Virus record (IMG/VR): IMGVR_UViG_3300005323_000036
Source of the DNA: a virus
Lineage: Duplodnaviria; Heunggongvirae; Uroviricota; Caudoviricetes
Length of the DNA stretch: 35,305 bases
Direction: 5' to 3' (one strand)
This document shows positions 18,257 through 27,393 of this stretch, piece after piece. Made by a program: the position numbers and the translations under genes. The number at the start of each line of letters is the position of its first letter. Position 1 is the stretch's first letter. The notes under the pieces are model-generated. The model saw only the letters and a program-made list of their open reading frames with translations. It ran no database searches and was not told where the DNA came from.

Positions 18257-18440
18257 TTTATATACTGTTAATTACAAACTATATTTTATCCTAGTGAGGA
18301 CGGGATTGGAACGAGGATCTGACAAATCCTATAAAGCATAGAAAGTCAAGGAACCTGATGACAAGGGTTTCTTCTTTCTTTCTTTTTGTTTCAGCAGTGG
18401 TCGTTCGCTTCGCTCTCTGGGGAAATTGTGACGGCGTGCT
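18257..18440 (+). ncRNA. Candidate small RNA behind a late-type promoter
   Basis: TTTATATACTGTTAA at 18257; GC-richer segment from about 18290 with hairpin AGGAT-CTGACAA-ATCCT; T-tract at 18369-18391; only a 15-codon ORF. Confidence 0.3.
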
Positions 18441-18573
18441 ATTTTAATCTGTTTATCTCATTTAGGTGCTATATCTTCTTGTGACGATGTGATATCTTAA
18501 CTCTGTATTTAAATACTGTAAATTGCATAGTTCTTTATACTTTTACGTCATATTAATAGTTTAATTAGATATT

Positions 18574-18981
18574 ATGAATTCTGAACATTTGTTTTTATAT
18601 AGTGACGGAGGATATCGGCAATCTATCAATAAAGGCGCGTGGGCATTTATTATTATGAACGATAGTGGTGAGGTTGTGAAAAGTGGGTCAGGTGAAATGG
18701 TTGACTCGTCAAATAATATCTGTGAATATAGTGGACTATTGAATGGATTAAAGGCTGTGATTAATTTAACGAATAATATAACGTGTATTTCTGACAGCCA
18801 ACTTATGATTAATCAGATGAACGGTTCATATAGAGTTAAAAATGGAAAACTAAAGGTGTGTAAACGGCGTGCTGATATTTTGTGTAGTTGCTTTGAAAAA
18901 ATTGAATTTATTTGGATGCCTAGAGAAACACCATCCATAAAAGCATGTGACAAAATGTGCGATGATATTTTAGGATATTAG
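18574..18981 (+). CDS. rnhA: Ribonuclease HI
   Basis: All four acidic catalytic positions present: YSDGG, NNICEY, ISDSQL, WMPRE..ACD. Confidence 0.9.
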   Translation: MNSEHLFLYSDGGYRQSINKGAWAFIIMNDSGEVVKSGSGEMVDSSNNICEYSGLLNGLKAVINLTNNITCISDSQLMINQMNGSYRVKNGKLKVCKRRADILCSCFEKIEFIWMPRETPSIKACDKMCDDILGY

Positions 18982-19032
18982 GATTTTGCCAATAGCGACA
19001 GATTTATCTATTTTTAGATACATACTATAGGT

Positions 19033-19308
19033 ATGGTATTGGGTAGATTGTTGGATATTATAAGGTTTATACGTGAACCAAAAGAAGACATAGATTATAT
19101 TAGGGTTTCATTTGGTAAATATAAACAATTACAAGGGATTCCCGCCAGAGAAGGCCATAATAGACTTGATATTGAAATAGAAAAAGATGATGAAATGTTT
19201 TCAGATTGTTTGGAACTTTGCAAATTAATAGAATCTAAATATAAACAAAAATCTAAAAATGATAGATATAAAAGATATTTAGAACTTAAATCTGAATTTG
19301 AGGAATGA
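19033..19308 (+). CDS. Hypothetical protein
   Basis: Track ORF, 91 aa. Confidence 0.6.
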   Translation: MVLGRLLDIIRFIREPKEDIDYIRVSFGKYKQLQGIPAREGHNRLDIEIEKDDEMFSDCLELCKLIESKYKQKSKNDRYKRYLELKSEFEE

Positions 19309-19377
19309 TATAATAAGAGATTGTATATAATTTTATTTATTTCTACTTTACTTCTTTTCATTGTTTAATTATATAAG

Positions 19378-19989
19378 TTAACTGCGTTTGGTGAAGTGAG
19401 TGAGGTGGAGTTTGCGTTCTGCTTTTTTGACATCATTTAGGGTTATTGATTTGCGGTTGCCTTTTGTTTCGCTGCACGTTACGAGTATTTTTTCAATGAT
19501 GGAGAGGATGAGGTTTTCTATTTCTGGATAGGCATGGAACGAGAAATATAGGTCGGGCTGTTGGTATAGGGCACGTGCATATATCATGAATCGATTCTTA
19601 AGTATGATGGGCTTTTTAAATGGTCGTTTTGGCCCATATATTCCTCTGGATTTGCGTCGCTCTAGAAAATTGTTGATTGAGTCTTTGTGTTGTGGATAGG
19701 AATATTCTGCGTGGTATTTGTCAACAAGTTCGGCCGCGTGTTTGGCTACTGTTTTTGGTGACGGTGGTAATGGTAATGAAGGTGGTTCCCTGGATTTAGC
19801 ATATTCTTCTATCTCCTTGAGTAGTTCTTGTTCCCATGCATCATCCGAAGGTTGAGGATTGGTGAATAGTAGTGGGTCTACCTGATCAATAAATGATGTT
19901 GGTTTAGGCAGATCTGGATCACGTGGTTTACGCGGTACAAGTTTTCGCTTTTTTGAACGCTTACGTGCTTTCGGATTAGATTTATACAT
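19378..19989 (-). CDS. Histone-fold protein (H3-like core) with long basic/proline-rich N-terminal extension
   Basis: Residues about 127-195: IILKNRFMIYARALYQQPDLYFSFHA...NRKSITLNDVKKAER, with the RK[ST]IxxxD L2/alpha3 signature (R179/D186). Confidence 0.65.
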   Translation of the reverse strand: MYKSNPKARKRSKKRKLVPRKPRDPDLPKPTSFIDQVDPLLFTNPQPSDDAWEQELLKEIEEYAKSREPPSLPLPPSPKTVAKHAAELVDKYHAEYSYPQHKDSINNFLERRKSRGIYGPKRPFKKPIILKNRFMIYARALYQQPDLYFSFHAYPEIENLILSIIEKILVTCSETKGNRKSITLNDVKKAERKLHLTHFTKRS

Positions 19990-20011
19990 GGTATAGTTAA
20001 TTTATATAAGT

Positions 20012-20317
20012 TTATTTATTTTCTGAATTATATAGATTTGGTTTGGAGTTACTGATATATTCATTATATTCGGAAGTTGTTATTGGTATGCCTGTTGTTG
20101 CCGCACTACCACAATTAGATGATATTTCTTTAATTGATACTATATGTTTTTGATTTTCGATGAATCTCATTACTAGATTCATTAGTTCTACTGAATGGTA
20201 ATTGTAAGTTTGTATATCTGATATATCAAAGAACATAAAGTCAATTTTTGATGCAATTTCATCTTTTATGTTGCGGGAGATTTGGAATACTTCATCTTGT
20301 GTTTTCATATTAATCAC
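20012..20317 (-). CDS. Hypothetical protein
   Basis: Track ORF in the same late operon as the histone-fold gene. Confidence 0.55.
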   Translation of the reverse strand: MINMKTQDEVFQISRNIKDEIASKIDFMFFDISDIQTYNYHSVELMNLVMRFIENQKHIVSIKEISSNCGSAATTGIPITTSEYNEYISNSKPNLYNSENK

Positions 20318-20371
20318 ATGTTTAAGTTATATTTATTACCTTTAGAATCAACTACTTTCATACTCCCCTCT

Positions 20372-20740
20372 TTAGTCTTCATAGGCGCGTTTGGGTTGTT
20401 TGGGGATTTTGAAGCGTGGTAAACCGAGGTCATAGTTTTCAAGGTTGTGGCGGCAATTTTTCTTGTTGTAACCATTGTAGGCAAATTTTTTACCTTGTTT
20501 ACATTCTTCACAGCAATAGATTTCTTTTGGATCAGTTGTTTTGAAGTAACAGTTGCAATTGGGACATAAGTGGTAGTAACGGGCATCCCATCGGTGAGAT
20601 TGAGCGCAATCACCACAATACATTCCACGATATCGACCTACAGATGGATCGTCGGGATTGATGTTGTTAGGTGTTATTTCAGTCTTATGATATTCAAGCC
20701 ATTTACCACAACCAAGGCATTTTCGGTGAACGAGAACCAT
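20372..20740 (-). CDS. Multi-Cys zinc-binding protein
   Basis: CLGC, CGDC, CPNC and YCCEEC motifs; leaderless start 24 nt from a late TATA box. Confidence 0.7.
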   Translation of the reverse strand: MVLVHRKCLGCGKWLEYHKTEITPNNINPDDPSVGRYRGMYCGDCAQSHRWDARYYHLCPNCNCYFKTTDPKEIYCCEECKQGKKFAYNGYNKKNCRHNLENYDLGLPRFKIPKQPKRAYED

Positions 20741-20756
20741 TTCCTTATAGGTTGGT

Positions 20757-20772
20757 TTTACAGTATATAAAT
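20757..20772 (-). promoter_or_regulatory. Late promoter driving the zinc-finger/histone operon
   Basis: Perfect ATTTATATACTGTAAA. Confidence 0.8.
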
Positions 20773-20854
20773 AGAGAGATTACGGGAGAAAGGTTTATGA
20801 TGGAGTAAAGACAATAGATATGCATGTGAATACTAGATAACTTAAGGGGAATAT

Positions 20855-21220
20855 ATGAAGAATAATAAAATAGTTAAAGATATAAGTTATATGTTAGATC
20901 GTGTGAAGTATGATGGAGATTATAATAAATTAAATAAATGCGAGTCGAAGATATTAGAGACATTATTCTTAACACCACAGTTTAAATTACCACAACTAGT
21001 AAAGGATTATATTACTGCATATTCACGGGAAATGGGATATTGTGGAGAAGTTGCCGTATCTGCAATGAGTGAATATGTTAAAAATGAAGGGTATTCTATA
21101 AATTCGTATTCTAGTTGTATATTTCACCCATCATATAAGTATTTAGAATTAGATCAATGTAAATATTATAAAGATAAGAAATGTAGAAAAGATAAATGTA
21201 GGTTTGTAAATAAGAAATGA
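20855..21220 (+). CDS. Hypothetical protein with C-terminal Cys cluster
   Basis: Track ORF, 121 aa. Confidence 0.6.
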   Translation: MKNNKIVKDISYMLDRVKYDGDYNKLNKCESKILETLFLTPQFKLPQLVKDYITAYSREMGYCGEVAVSAMSEYVKNEGYSINSYSSCIFHPSYKYLELDQCKYYKDKKCRKDKCRFVNKK

Positions 21221-21469
21221 AAAGTTAAAATGGATATATAGAAAGTATTATGTTATATTAGAGACAATATATAAGATTAATAGTTGAAATAGGATCATGA
21301 TTAGGAATGAGATTGGATTGTATAATAGATGGGGTAGATTTGCGTTTAGGTGGAGGAGTTATAGAGCGATGCATCATTGGATTAGAGATTTGAAAGAAGC
21401 AAACTGTTGGAAAGGATATGGAGAATTTAAAAGATTTGATACGATGTTCAAAGAAACGTTTGGATAACT

Positions 21470-21658
21470 ATGATAAATAAAAATGATGTTATAACAATTG
21501 AATTTGATCCTGATGAGTTGGATCAATTTTTGAAAGATATTGAGGTGGATGCTGAAGGATTAAAATATGAAGGATTTAAAAGTGATGCTATTGACAATGG
21601 CGTTTATAGAATGTTGTGTTATGAGTTATGTGAATATTTGCTTAAAAGGACAAAATAA
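21470..21658 (+). CDS. Small acidic hypothetical protein
   Basis: Track ORF. Confidence 0.55.
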   Translation: MINKNDVITIEFDPDELDQFLKDIEVDAEGLKYEGFKSDAIDNGVYRMLCYELCEYLLKRTK

Positions 21659-22005
21659 AGGTGAATTTAAATGACTAAATATAAATCGTTTGATGAAGTT
21701 AGAATGGAACCTGGAGAGTATCATGAATTTATACAAGAGTGCCCATTTTGTAAAAATAGTATGCACGTGACACAATATAAAAATGATGTAGTGAAGGAAA
21801 GGTGCATTCACTGTGGATATAATGATGAGTATTGTTTAATGTGAATATAGTTATTTAATAATAAAAAGGTGAATTGAAATGAGTGGGCTATATAGTATGT
21901 CAAGTGTAATGGAAATGGCAGGAGTAATAATAGTATTAGTTCTTATGGTAATTTTGTTCTGGATATGGTCAGATTTATAATCATTATAATTAAAGAGGTT
22001 TAATC

Positions 22006-22197
22006 ATGAGATATAGGCATGTGTTGGAATGTAATAACTGTTTCATGAATCATTGTGAAGTAAGTTTTGAGTGTGATAAGATGTTGAGTGTTGAAGAACT
22101 GAAAATGTTTAGTTGTGAAGTTTGTTGCAGGAAAGCAAGTTCAGAAAAAGCAAGGTGGAAAATATCGAAGGTTAAAGTGTTGTGGTGGAAGAGATGA
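22006..22197 (+). CDS. Small zinc-ribbon-like protein
   Basis: CNNC and CEVC; GAGG RBS. Confidence 0.6.
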   Translation: MRYRHVLECNNCFMNHCEVSFECDKMLSVEELKMFSCEVCCRKASSEKARWKISKVKVLWWKR

Positions 22198-22232
22198 AGA
22201 TAAGAATTGGGATATTTATTTGGTGAATTATT

Positions 22233-22463
22233 ATGAAGTATGAAAATTTTATATTAGAATGGATAGATGAAAATGATAACTGCTTATTTGAAGAGCCGTT
22301 TTGTGGATTTAAACATATATACAATTTTCCAAAAATACAATGTGTAAAGAATGTAAATTCCAATGATATAATTAGCGACAATGTTGTAAAAGATGTTAAT
22401 AAATACTTAAAAAATAGAATTGTAGCATTTAGATTTAGAAAAGGGAAGGACGAATTATTATGA
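22233..22463 (+). CDS. Hypothetical protein
   Basis: Track ORF with GGTGA RBS. Confidence 0.6.
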   Translation: MKYENFILEWIDENDNCLFEEPFCGFKHIYNFPKIQCVKNVNSNDIISDNVVKDVNKYLKNRIVAFRFRKGKDELL

Positions 22464-22589
22464 AGTATTATAATGTTGTGGCTAGTGTTGATATTATGGA
22501 AGTTGTTGAGATAGAGGATGATGAAAATATTGATGATGAAATAGATAGAATTATTTTAGATAGGGTTGATATTTGGCGTGAAGAAGTAG

Positions 22590-23645
22590 ATGAAAAGGAA
22601 TTGTTTGGCGAAGAGTGATATAATACTAACTATACGGAATGATATAATGAGGGTTGTTAAGGTTCCTACGGGAAAGATTGCTATTATTGATGGGAGATAT
22701 GGAAAATTGGAATGTTTGAGTCTTGGTGATTATGGACAGGATAAAAATATAAAGGCCGATTTTTTTGGATTAGATAGAGAAATTAGTGGTGTTGATAATT
22801 GTAATGAAGTTATGCCACTTGAGAAGAAATGGGTCATTACACTATCTACACAATATGGATGTAGCATGGGATGTAAGTTTTGTGACGTTCCTAAAGTTGG
22901 ACCAGGAAGAAATGCATCAGTTGCAGATTTAAATAGGCAGTTGTTTGTGGGATTGTTATTGGGTAATGGGGTTGAGTATACTGAAAGGTTGAATGTGCAC
23001 TATGCCAGGATGGGAGAGCCTACATTTAACTTTGATAATGTTATGACGCATGCTATTGAGATGAAATATAATATTGAAACAATTGTTGGCATAAGAGCAA
23101 AAACTATTCATCCCGTGCTGTCAACGATGATGCCGTGGAGAAATAAAAAGTTGGAAAGTAATATTCATGATTGGGCATATGTAAAGAACTCGGTATATAG
23201 AGGAGAAGCAGGATTACAACTGTCCATTAATACTACCAATGAGAAAGAAAGGAAAGTGATGTTTGGTGGTAATGCCATTAAACTAAATGATATTGGGAAA
23301 TTGATGGATGGGGTAGATGATCCTGTTGGAAGGAAATACACATTGAATTTTGCAGCATACAAGGGAACAGAAATTGATGCTGATGCATTGGTAGATTTGT
23401 TTCCGGTTGACAAGTTCATGTGCAAGATTACACCAATACATGTAACAAATAGAGCAGTTGATAATGGTTATATAGATAGTGAGAGAGATTACTTTGACAC
23501 ACTGGAAGGAGAGTTGAAAAATGCGGGGTATGATGTGCTGTTGTTTTACCCATCAGATAATGAAGATTTAGGAATGATAACATGTGGTAATGCAATATTG
23601 TCGGGAAGATTACCGGAAGTAGGGTATGAAGAAGTGGTAGTGTAG
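22590..23645 (+). CDS. RlmN/Cfr-like radical SAM protein
   Basis: LSTQYGCSMGCKFC (CxxxCxxC), RMGEPTFN, LQLSIN and C-terminal ITCGN parallel RlmN VSSQVGC, MGMGEP, LAISL and AACGQ. Alternative start at 22647. Confidence 0.8.
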   Translation: MKRNCLAKSDIILTIRNDIMRVVKVPTGKIAIIDGRYGKLECLSLGDYGQDKNIKADFFGLDREISGVDNCNEVMPLEKKWVITLSTQYGCSMGCKFCDVPKVGPGRNASVADLNRQLFVGLLLGNGVEYTERLNVHYARMGEPTFNFDNVMTHAIEMKYNIETIVGIRAKTIHPVLSTMMPWRNKKLESNIHDWAYVKNSVYRGEAGLQLSINTTNEKERKVMFGGNAIKLNDIGKLMDGVDDPVGRKYTLNFAAYKGTEIDADALVDLFPVDKFMCKITPIHVTNRAVDNGYIDSERDYFDTLEGELKNAGYDVLLFYPSDNEDLGMITCGNAILSGRLPEVGYEEVVV

Positions 23646-23730
23646 GGTTAAATGATTGAGAGGGGTTTAAATTCTAATGATATTTTGAACTATAAAGGAT
23701 TGTTTAATAGTTTGGAGTATAGGGTTAAAT

Positions 23731-24321
23731 ATGAAATATGAATTTACAGAAGAAGAGATGAATGAAAAAATATATACATCGTCTATTAAATTATTACCTG
23801 ATAACATATACGATATATTGTCATCTAATTTTTTCAATTATATAAAGAAGATTGTAGAAAGTAAAATATTTAATGTCCATGCGTGTTGGCATTCAGATAC
23901 TAATGTGTTTTTATATAATGGATTATGTATAGAATTTCATGACAGTTATTATACTACCAGCGTTAGTGTGTGGCTGTGTGAAAGTCTTACTCCTGATTTT
24001 AAATATCCATATGATGAGAATAAGATTGATATAGATTGTAATAAATTAATGGTGTTATATTTTAATGATAAATATGAATATCGTAAAGATAAACATTCTT
24101 CTAAAATTGTAGCATCTTCATATGAGTGGTTTGTAGATGGAAATCTTAAAAATATAGCAATGGAAGAATTAGAAGATCTGTTTAGATATGCAAACTTGAT
24201 AATTGAAGAAAACTCAAATCGTAAAAAACGAGACGAAACAATACGCATTAGAAGTGAGAAACGGAAGAACGATTCAATTGCTAAAAATATATTAAAAAGT
24301 AGAGGGTGTGGTTGGGATTAG
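23731..24321 (+). CDS. Hypothetical protein
   Basis: Track ORF, 196 aa. Confidence 0.65.
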   Translation: MKYEFTEEEMNEKIYTSSIKLLPDNIYDILSSNFFNYIKKIVESKIFNVHACWHSDTNVFLYNGLCIEFHDSYYTTSVSVWLCESLTPDFKYPYDENKIDIDCNKLMVLYFNDKYEYRKDKHSSKIVASSYEWFVDGNLKNIAMEELEDLFRYANLIIEENSNRKKRDETIRIRSEKRKNDSIAKNILKSRGCGWD

Positions 24322-25051
24322 TGATAAATAGCATTATTTTTGAGAGATTGATATGAAATTGAATGAATTTATTGAACAGTTGCAGAATCTTGAGATTAAA
24401 ATGGGGTCAGATTTTAATATTTATCTCAAGGGATCGATACCTGATTATTCTGGTATATCTGGAGTTGACATTATAATAGGAGATTTCTATATTGGAATGA
24501 AAGATTATGCATAACTCGGTTGGTTTTTGGTAGGATATGGGATAGATTTTTTATTTGTGGTAGGGCTAGGGGAATTTGGGTATGGAATTGTCGGTTGGTT
24601 TTATTTGAAATTTTTTATATTTTAATATATACACCAGGTAACTAAAAATCCGCCTCCATATAGCCGTTATTTTTATTCCATATTACGTGGCAATTCTCAA
24701 TACCTCGCAATTTATTTCTATTGCTGACTATATAAATGCTGCTTACTATATTACGCCTAAAATTTCTCAATATCTATATCCCATCTATATAGAAAATAAA
24801 TATCTCTATATTTATTCAACTTACTATATTCCTTCCTATACTCCCTACTTTTATCTCACATCTTGGATATAACTTTATATATCACTACATGGAAACTATA
24901 TTCAGAAAAGTTTATATACTACTTTTAAGCGATAACTTTATATACTATACTAATCAACTTCCTTCCACAAAGTTTATATATACTTCCTGGATATAATATA
25001 TTAATAAAAATATAAAACTATTAATATAAAAATAGTTTAATAAAACAAATC

Positions 25052-25086
25052 GATAGTTATATATACTTATACGTCCTATATAGTAT
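25052..25086 (+). promoter_or_regulatory. Early-type promoter block
   Basis: AGTTATATATAC-TTAT-ACGTCCTATATAGTATG; same block as in the minus-strand early array. Confidence 0.7.
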
Positions 25087-25296
25087 GTGGACAACATGAC
25101 TGAAGAACTTGTAACGATGGTAAGACCAACACCTATACCACAAGGTGTTATAGATGCACGCAAGAGAGCATCACAAGCAACATGTTTCAATGACTATGTT
25201 AAGGCAATGATTGAACAAGAGCAAGCATGGAATAATGCACAAGACATTTTAGACCTGGAAGCATTAACCGAACTTGAAAAACTCTGTGAACAATAA
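25087..25296 (+). CDS. Isolated hypothetical protein
   Basis: Track ORF; lone gene in a non-coding region behind an early promoter block. Confidence 0.65.
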   Translation: MDNMTEELVTMVRPTPIPQGVIDARKRASQATCFNDYVKAMIEQEQAWNNAQDILDLEALTELEKLCEQ

Positions 25297-25617
25297 ATGC
25301 ATCTATTTTTACATTAAAAACAAATAAAAATTGTATTGCTGATCATTAAATAATATTATTATATAAAGTTATAGAAAAGTTTGTATAATAACTTTATATT
25401 ACCTGGAAAAATACATTACCTCGCAATTTTATATCGATTTTATGCCTTATTTTTATCACTTCTCATCACACTGTCATATCGTGATGCTATTCACTTTTAC
25501 ATGTTAGACAATGAAATACATGAACGACAATGATATAATGTAATAGTGTTGTGATGTAACAACGTTTTTCCAGGAAGATCATGATAAAAAAGTTAATGTT
25601 ATTAAAATAGTTTGTGG

Positions 25618-25797
25618 TTAAATGTTTATTAACAATCTCATATCTTTTATATTGTAACTTGCGAATGGAATAGACATTATATCCATTTTGAAAAATGAAA
25701 GGGTGACATTGTTATTATTAACTATTGTGACCTTCTCAACATTCTCAAATACTATACTCATAGCAGTTTCAAGTGAGCAATTTATACATTCGACCAT
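25618..25797 (-). CDS. Hypothetical protein
   Basis: Track ORF; ATG 25797 after GAGG. Confidence 0.5.
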   Translation of the reverse strand: MVECINCSLETAMSIVFENVEKVTIVNNNNVTLSFFKMDIMSIPFASYNIKDMRLLINI

Positions 25798-25808
25798 GAT
25801 CAAACCTC

Positions 25809-25955
25809 TTAAAATTGTCCCTGCATTTTCATGATTGCATCGTTGTCAAATACACGATAGACATTTCGCTCATACTGGTTGTAGGTCATTGTGCCGTCAC
25901 ATGTAAGTTTATAATCTATCCAGGCTGTAAGGATAGGTGTTTGTGGCTTTTGCAT
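25809..25955 (-). CDS. Hypothetical protein (48 aa)
   Basis: Manual ORF MQKPQTPILTAWIDYKLTCDG...; early promoter block at 25958-25990. Confidence 0.55.
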   Translation of the reverse strand: MQKPQTPILTAWIDYKLTCDGTMTYNQYERNVYRVFDNDAIMKMQGQF

Positions 25956-26810
25956 AATACATATAGGTCGTTTGAAAATATATAGTTATTTGTTAATGAT
26001 TAATAATTATAATTATTGTTAATGATTTTACATTATGGTTAGGTTGATACTAATTAATTATAGTTTAGGTGCTTTACTATTTATCATTATTGTTAATGAT
26101 TTATCATGATTCTACATTTTTGATGAATATCGGTGGAAAATTAGTTTGATGATCAAATAGTTTTATGTGTGAACTATATTATATAGTATTGTTTAGTAAC
26201 TTAATTGTTTAGTAACTTAACAATATTGGGGTAGATAGAAACTTTTATATAGTGGATTATTTTGAGAATTAGGGGTAGGATTAGAGGAATTTAATTGTTG
26301 TCATGACAATAGTTTACAGTGTGAATAGTTTTATATCGAACTATTTTTACATTGACCGGTGGTCAAAAAGTAACTGACAGTTAGTTAGGTATAACCTAAC
26401 AATTTCCACCACTACATTCCAATATCCCCATATTTCCCCTCTTTCCCATTTCAATCTCTCCTAATCTATCCCTTTCCAACCATTTTCATTTTTCCACCAA
26501 AAATCACCAATTTTTAACCATCCACTTCCAACATTTTTAATACAATAAGGTAAATAAAAATAATAAATTAATACCATTGTACAATAATATACATTAACAA
26601 TAAAAATTAGGATAAATTAGATTAAAACATATACAAAAATTAATACAATAATACAAAAAATAAAATTTCCTATTCTTATCAGTCTTCTATTTCTAGTATC
26701 TCCTTCAATACATATATCTTATCATCCTCATATTCGGTTCTCCTAAAACAGGGAATACTCTCCAATACATCTAATTCTTCTCTTATCCATTCTTCAGACT
26801 TCATTTTACT

Positions 26811-27068
26811 TCACCTGTTTTTATTTAACATATCTCTCCTTTCTAGTTCTCTAATCGTATCGGAAAATGTTTTCCAATATAATTTTTCGTTAAGACGTTC
26901 TAATTCCTGATCTGTTAAGACAAGTAAATTTTTATCAGGAAACTCAATCCTATTCATAAACACGTCATAGACTCCTAAAATTGGAAATCCAGGGATTAGT
27001 TCAACTTCAAGATACATATCATCATATGGATCTTCAGTCATTCCTCTAGTTATAAGATAATTAGACAT
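26811..27068 (-). CDS. Hypothetical early protein
   Basis: Track ORF; ATG 27068 after GGTGA; early promoter block at 27122-27155. Confidence 0.6.
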   Translation of the reverse strand: MSNYLITRGMTEDPYDDMYLEVELIPGFPILGVYDVFMNRIEFPDKNLLVLTDQELERLNEKLYWKTFSDTIRELERRDMLNKNR

Positions 27069-27393
27069 TTGATTCACCTTTTTCTTATCGATATAGTTTT
27101 CTCGAATCTATCGCTTCTTACACTACTATATAGGTAATAATACTATAAATAATTTACTGTCTAACATTAAAAATAAAATTATATCTTACTCTTCCTTTAA
27201 CGCACTACAATTCATTAGATCCAATAGATACCAATTTTGAATTATTTACCACTTGATTCATATGATCGGTGAATATACTCTTAAATGCCTGTTCTGAAGT
27301 TTTTGCTTCTATATCAACATATGATGATATTCTAATTCTAAATTTTACCATGTTTATACCTCAAAAAATAAAATTAATCTTCCTTTATATTCT

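Larger units (their letters stand above)
24682..25429 (+). repeat. Paired direct repeats (TACCTCGCAATTT family) flanking a single gene
   Basis: Exact TACCTCGCAATTT at 24701 and 25417, each preceded 17 bp earlier by a degenerate copy. Confidence 0.65.

Noticed and set aside
18290-18360. Mini-CRISPR or solitary repeat (GGGATTGGAAC resembles repeat 3' ends)
   Set aside because: No second repeat copy; no regularly spaced array anywhere in the window.
18288-18375. tRNA-Val(GAC) gene or C/D-box sRNA
   Set aside because: Only an anticodon-like arm is present, with no T-loop, D-arm or acceptor stem. The C box and two CUGA motifs lack a C' box and canonical spacing.
20314-20770. Track ORFs 20314-20628 (-) and 20570-20770 (+)
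   Set aside because: Alternative frame and antisense of the zinc-binding gene 20372-20740, which has the promoter-matched start.
24520-24600. G-rich tract as a G-quadruplex
   Set aside because: Only three close G3 runs; it fits the general purine skew of the plus strand here and could be a tiny hydrophobic ORF.
26401-26547. G-free, C-rich tract as a special repeat
   Set aside because: Explained by a 38-aa minus-strand ORF starting at ATG 26577 (MVLIYYFYLPYCIKNVGSGWLKIGDFWWKNENGWKGID) with purine-rich codons.
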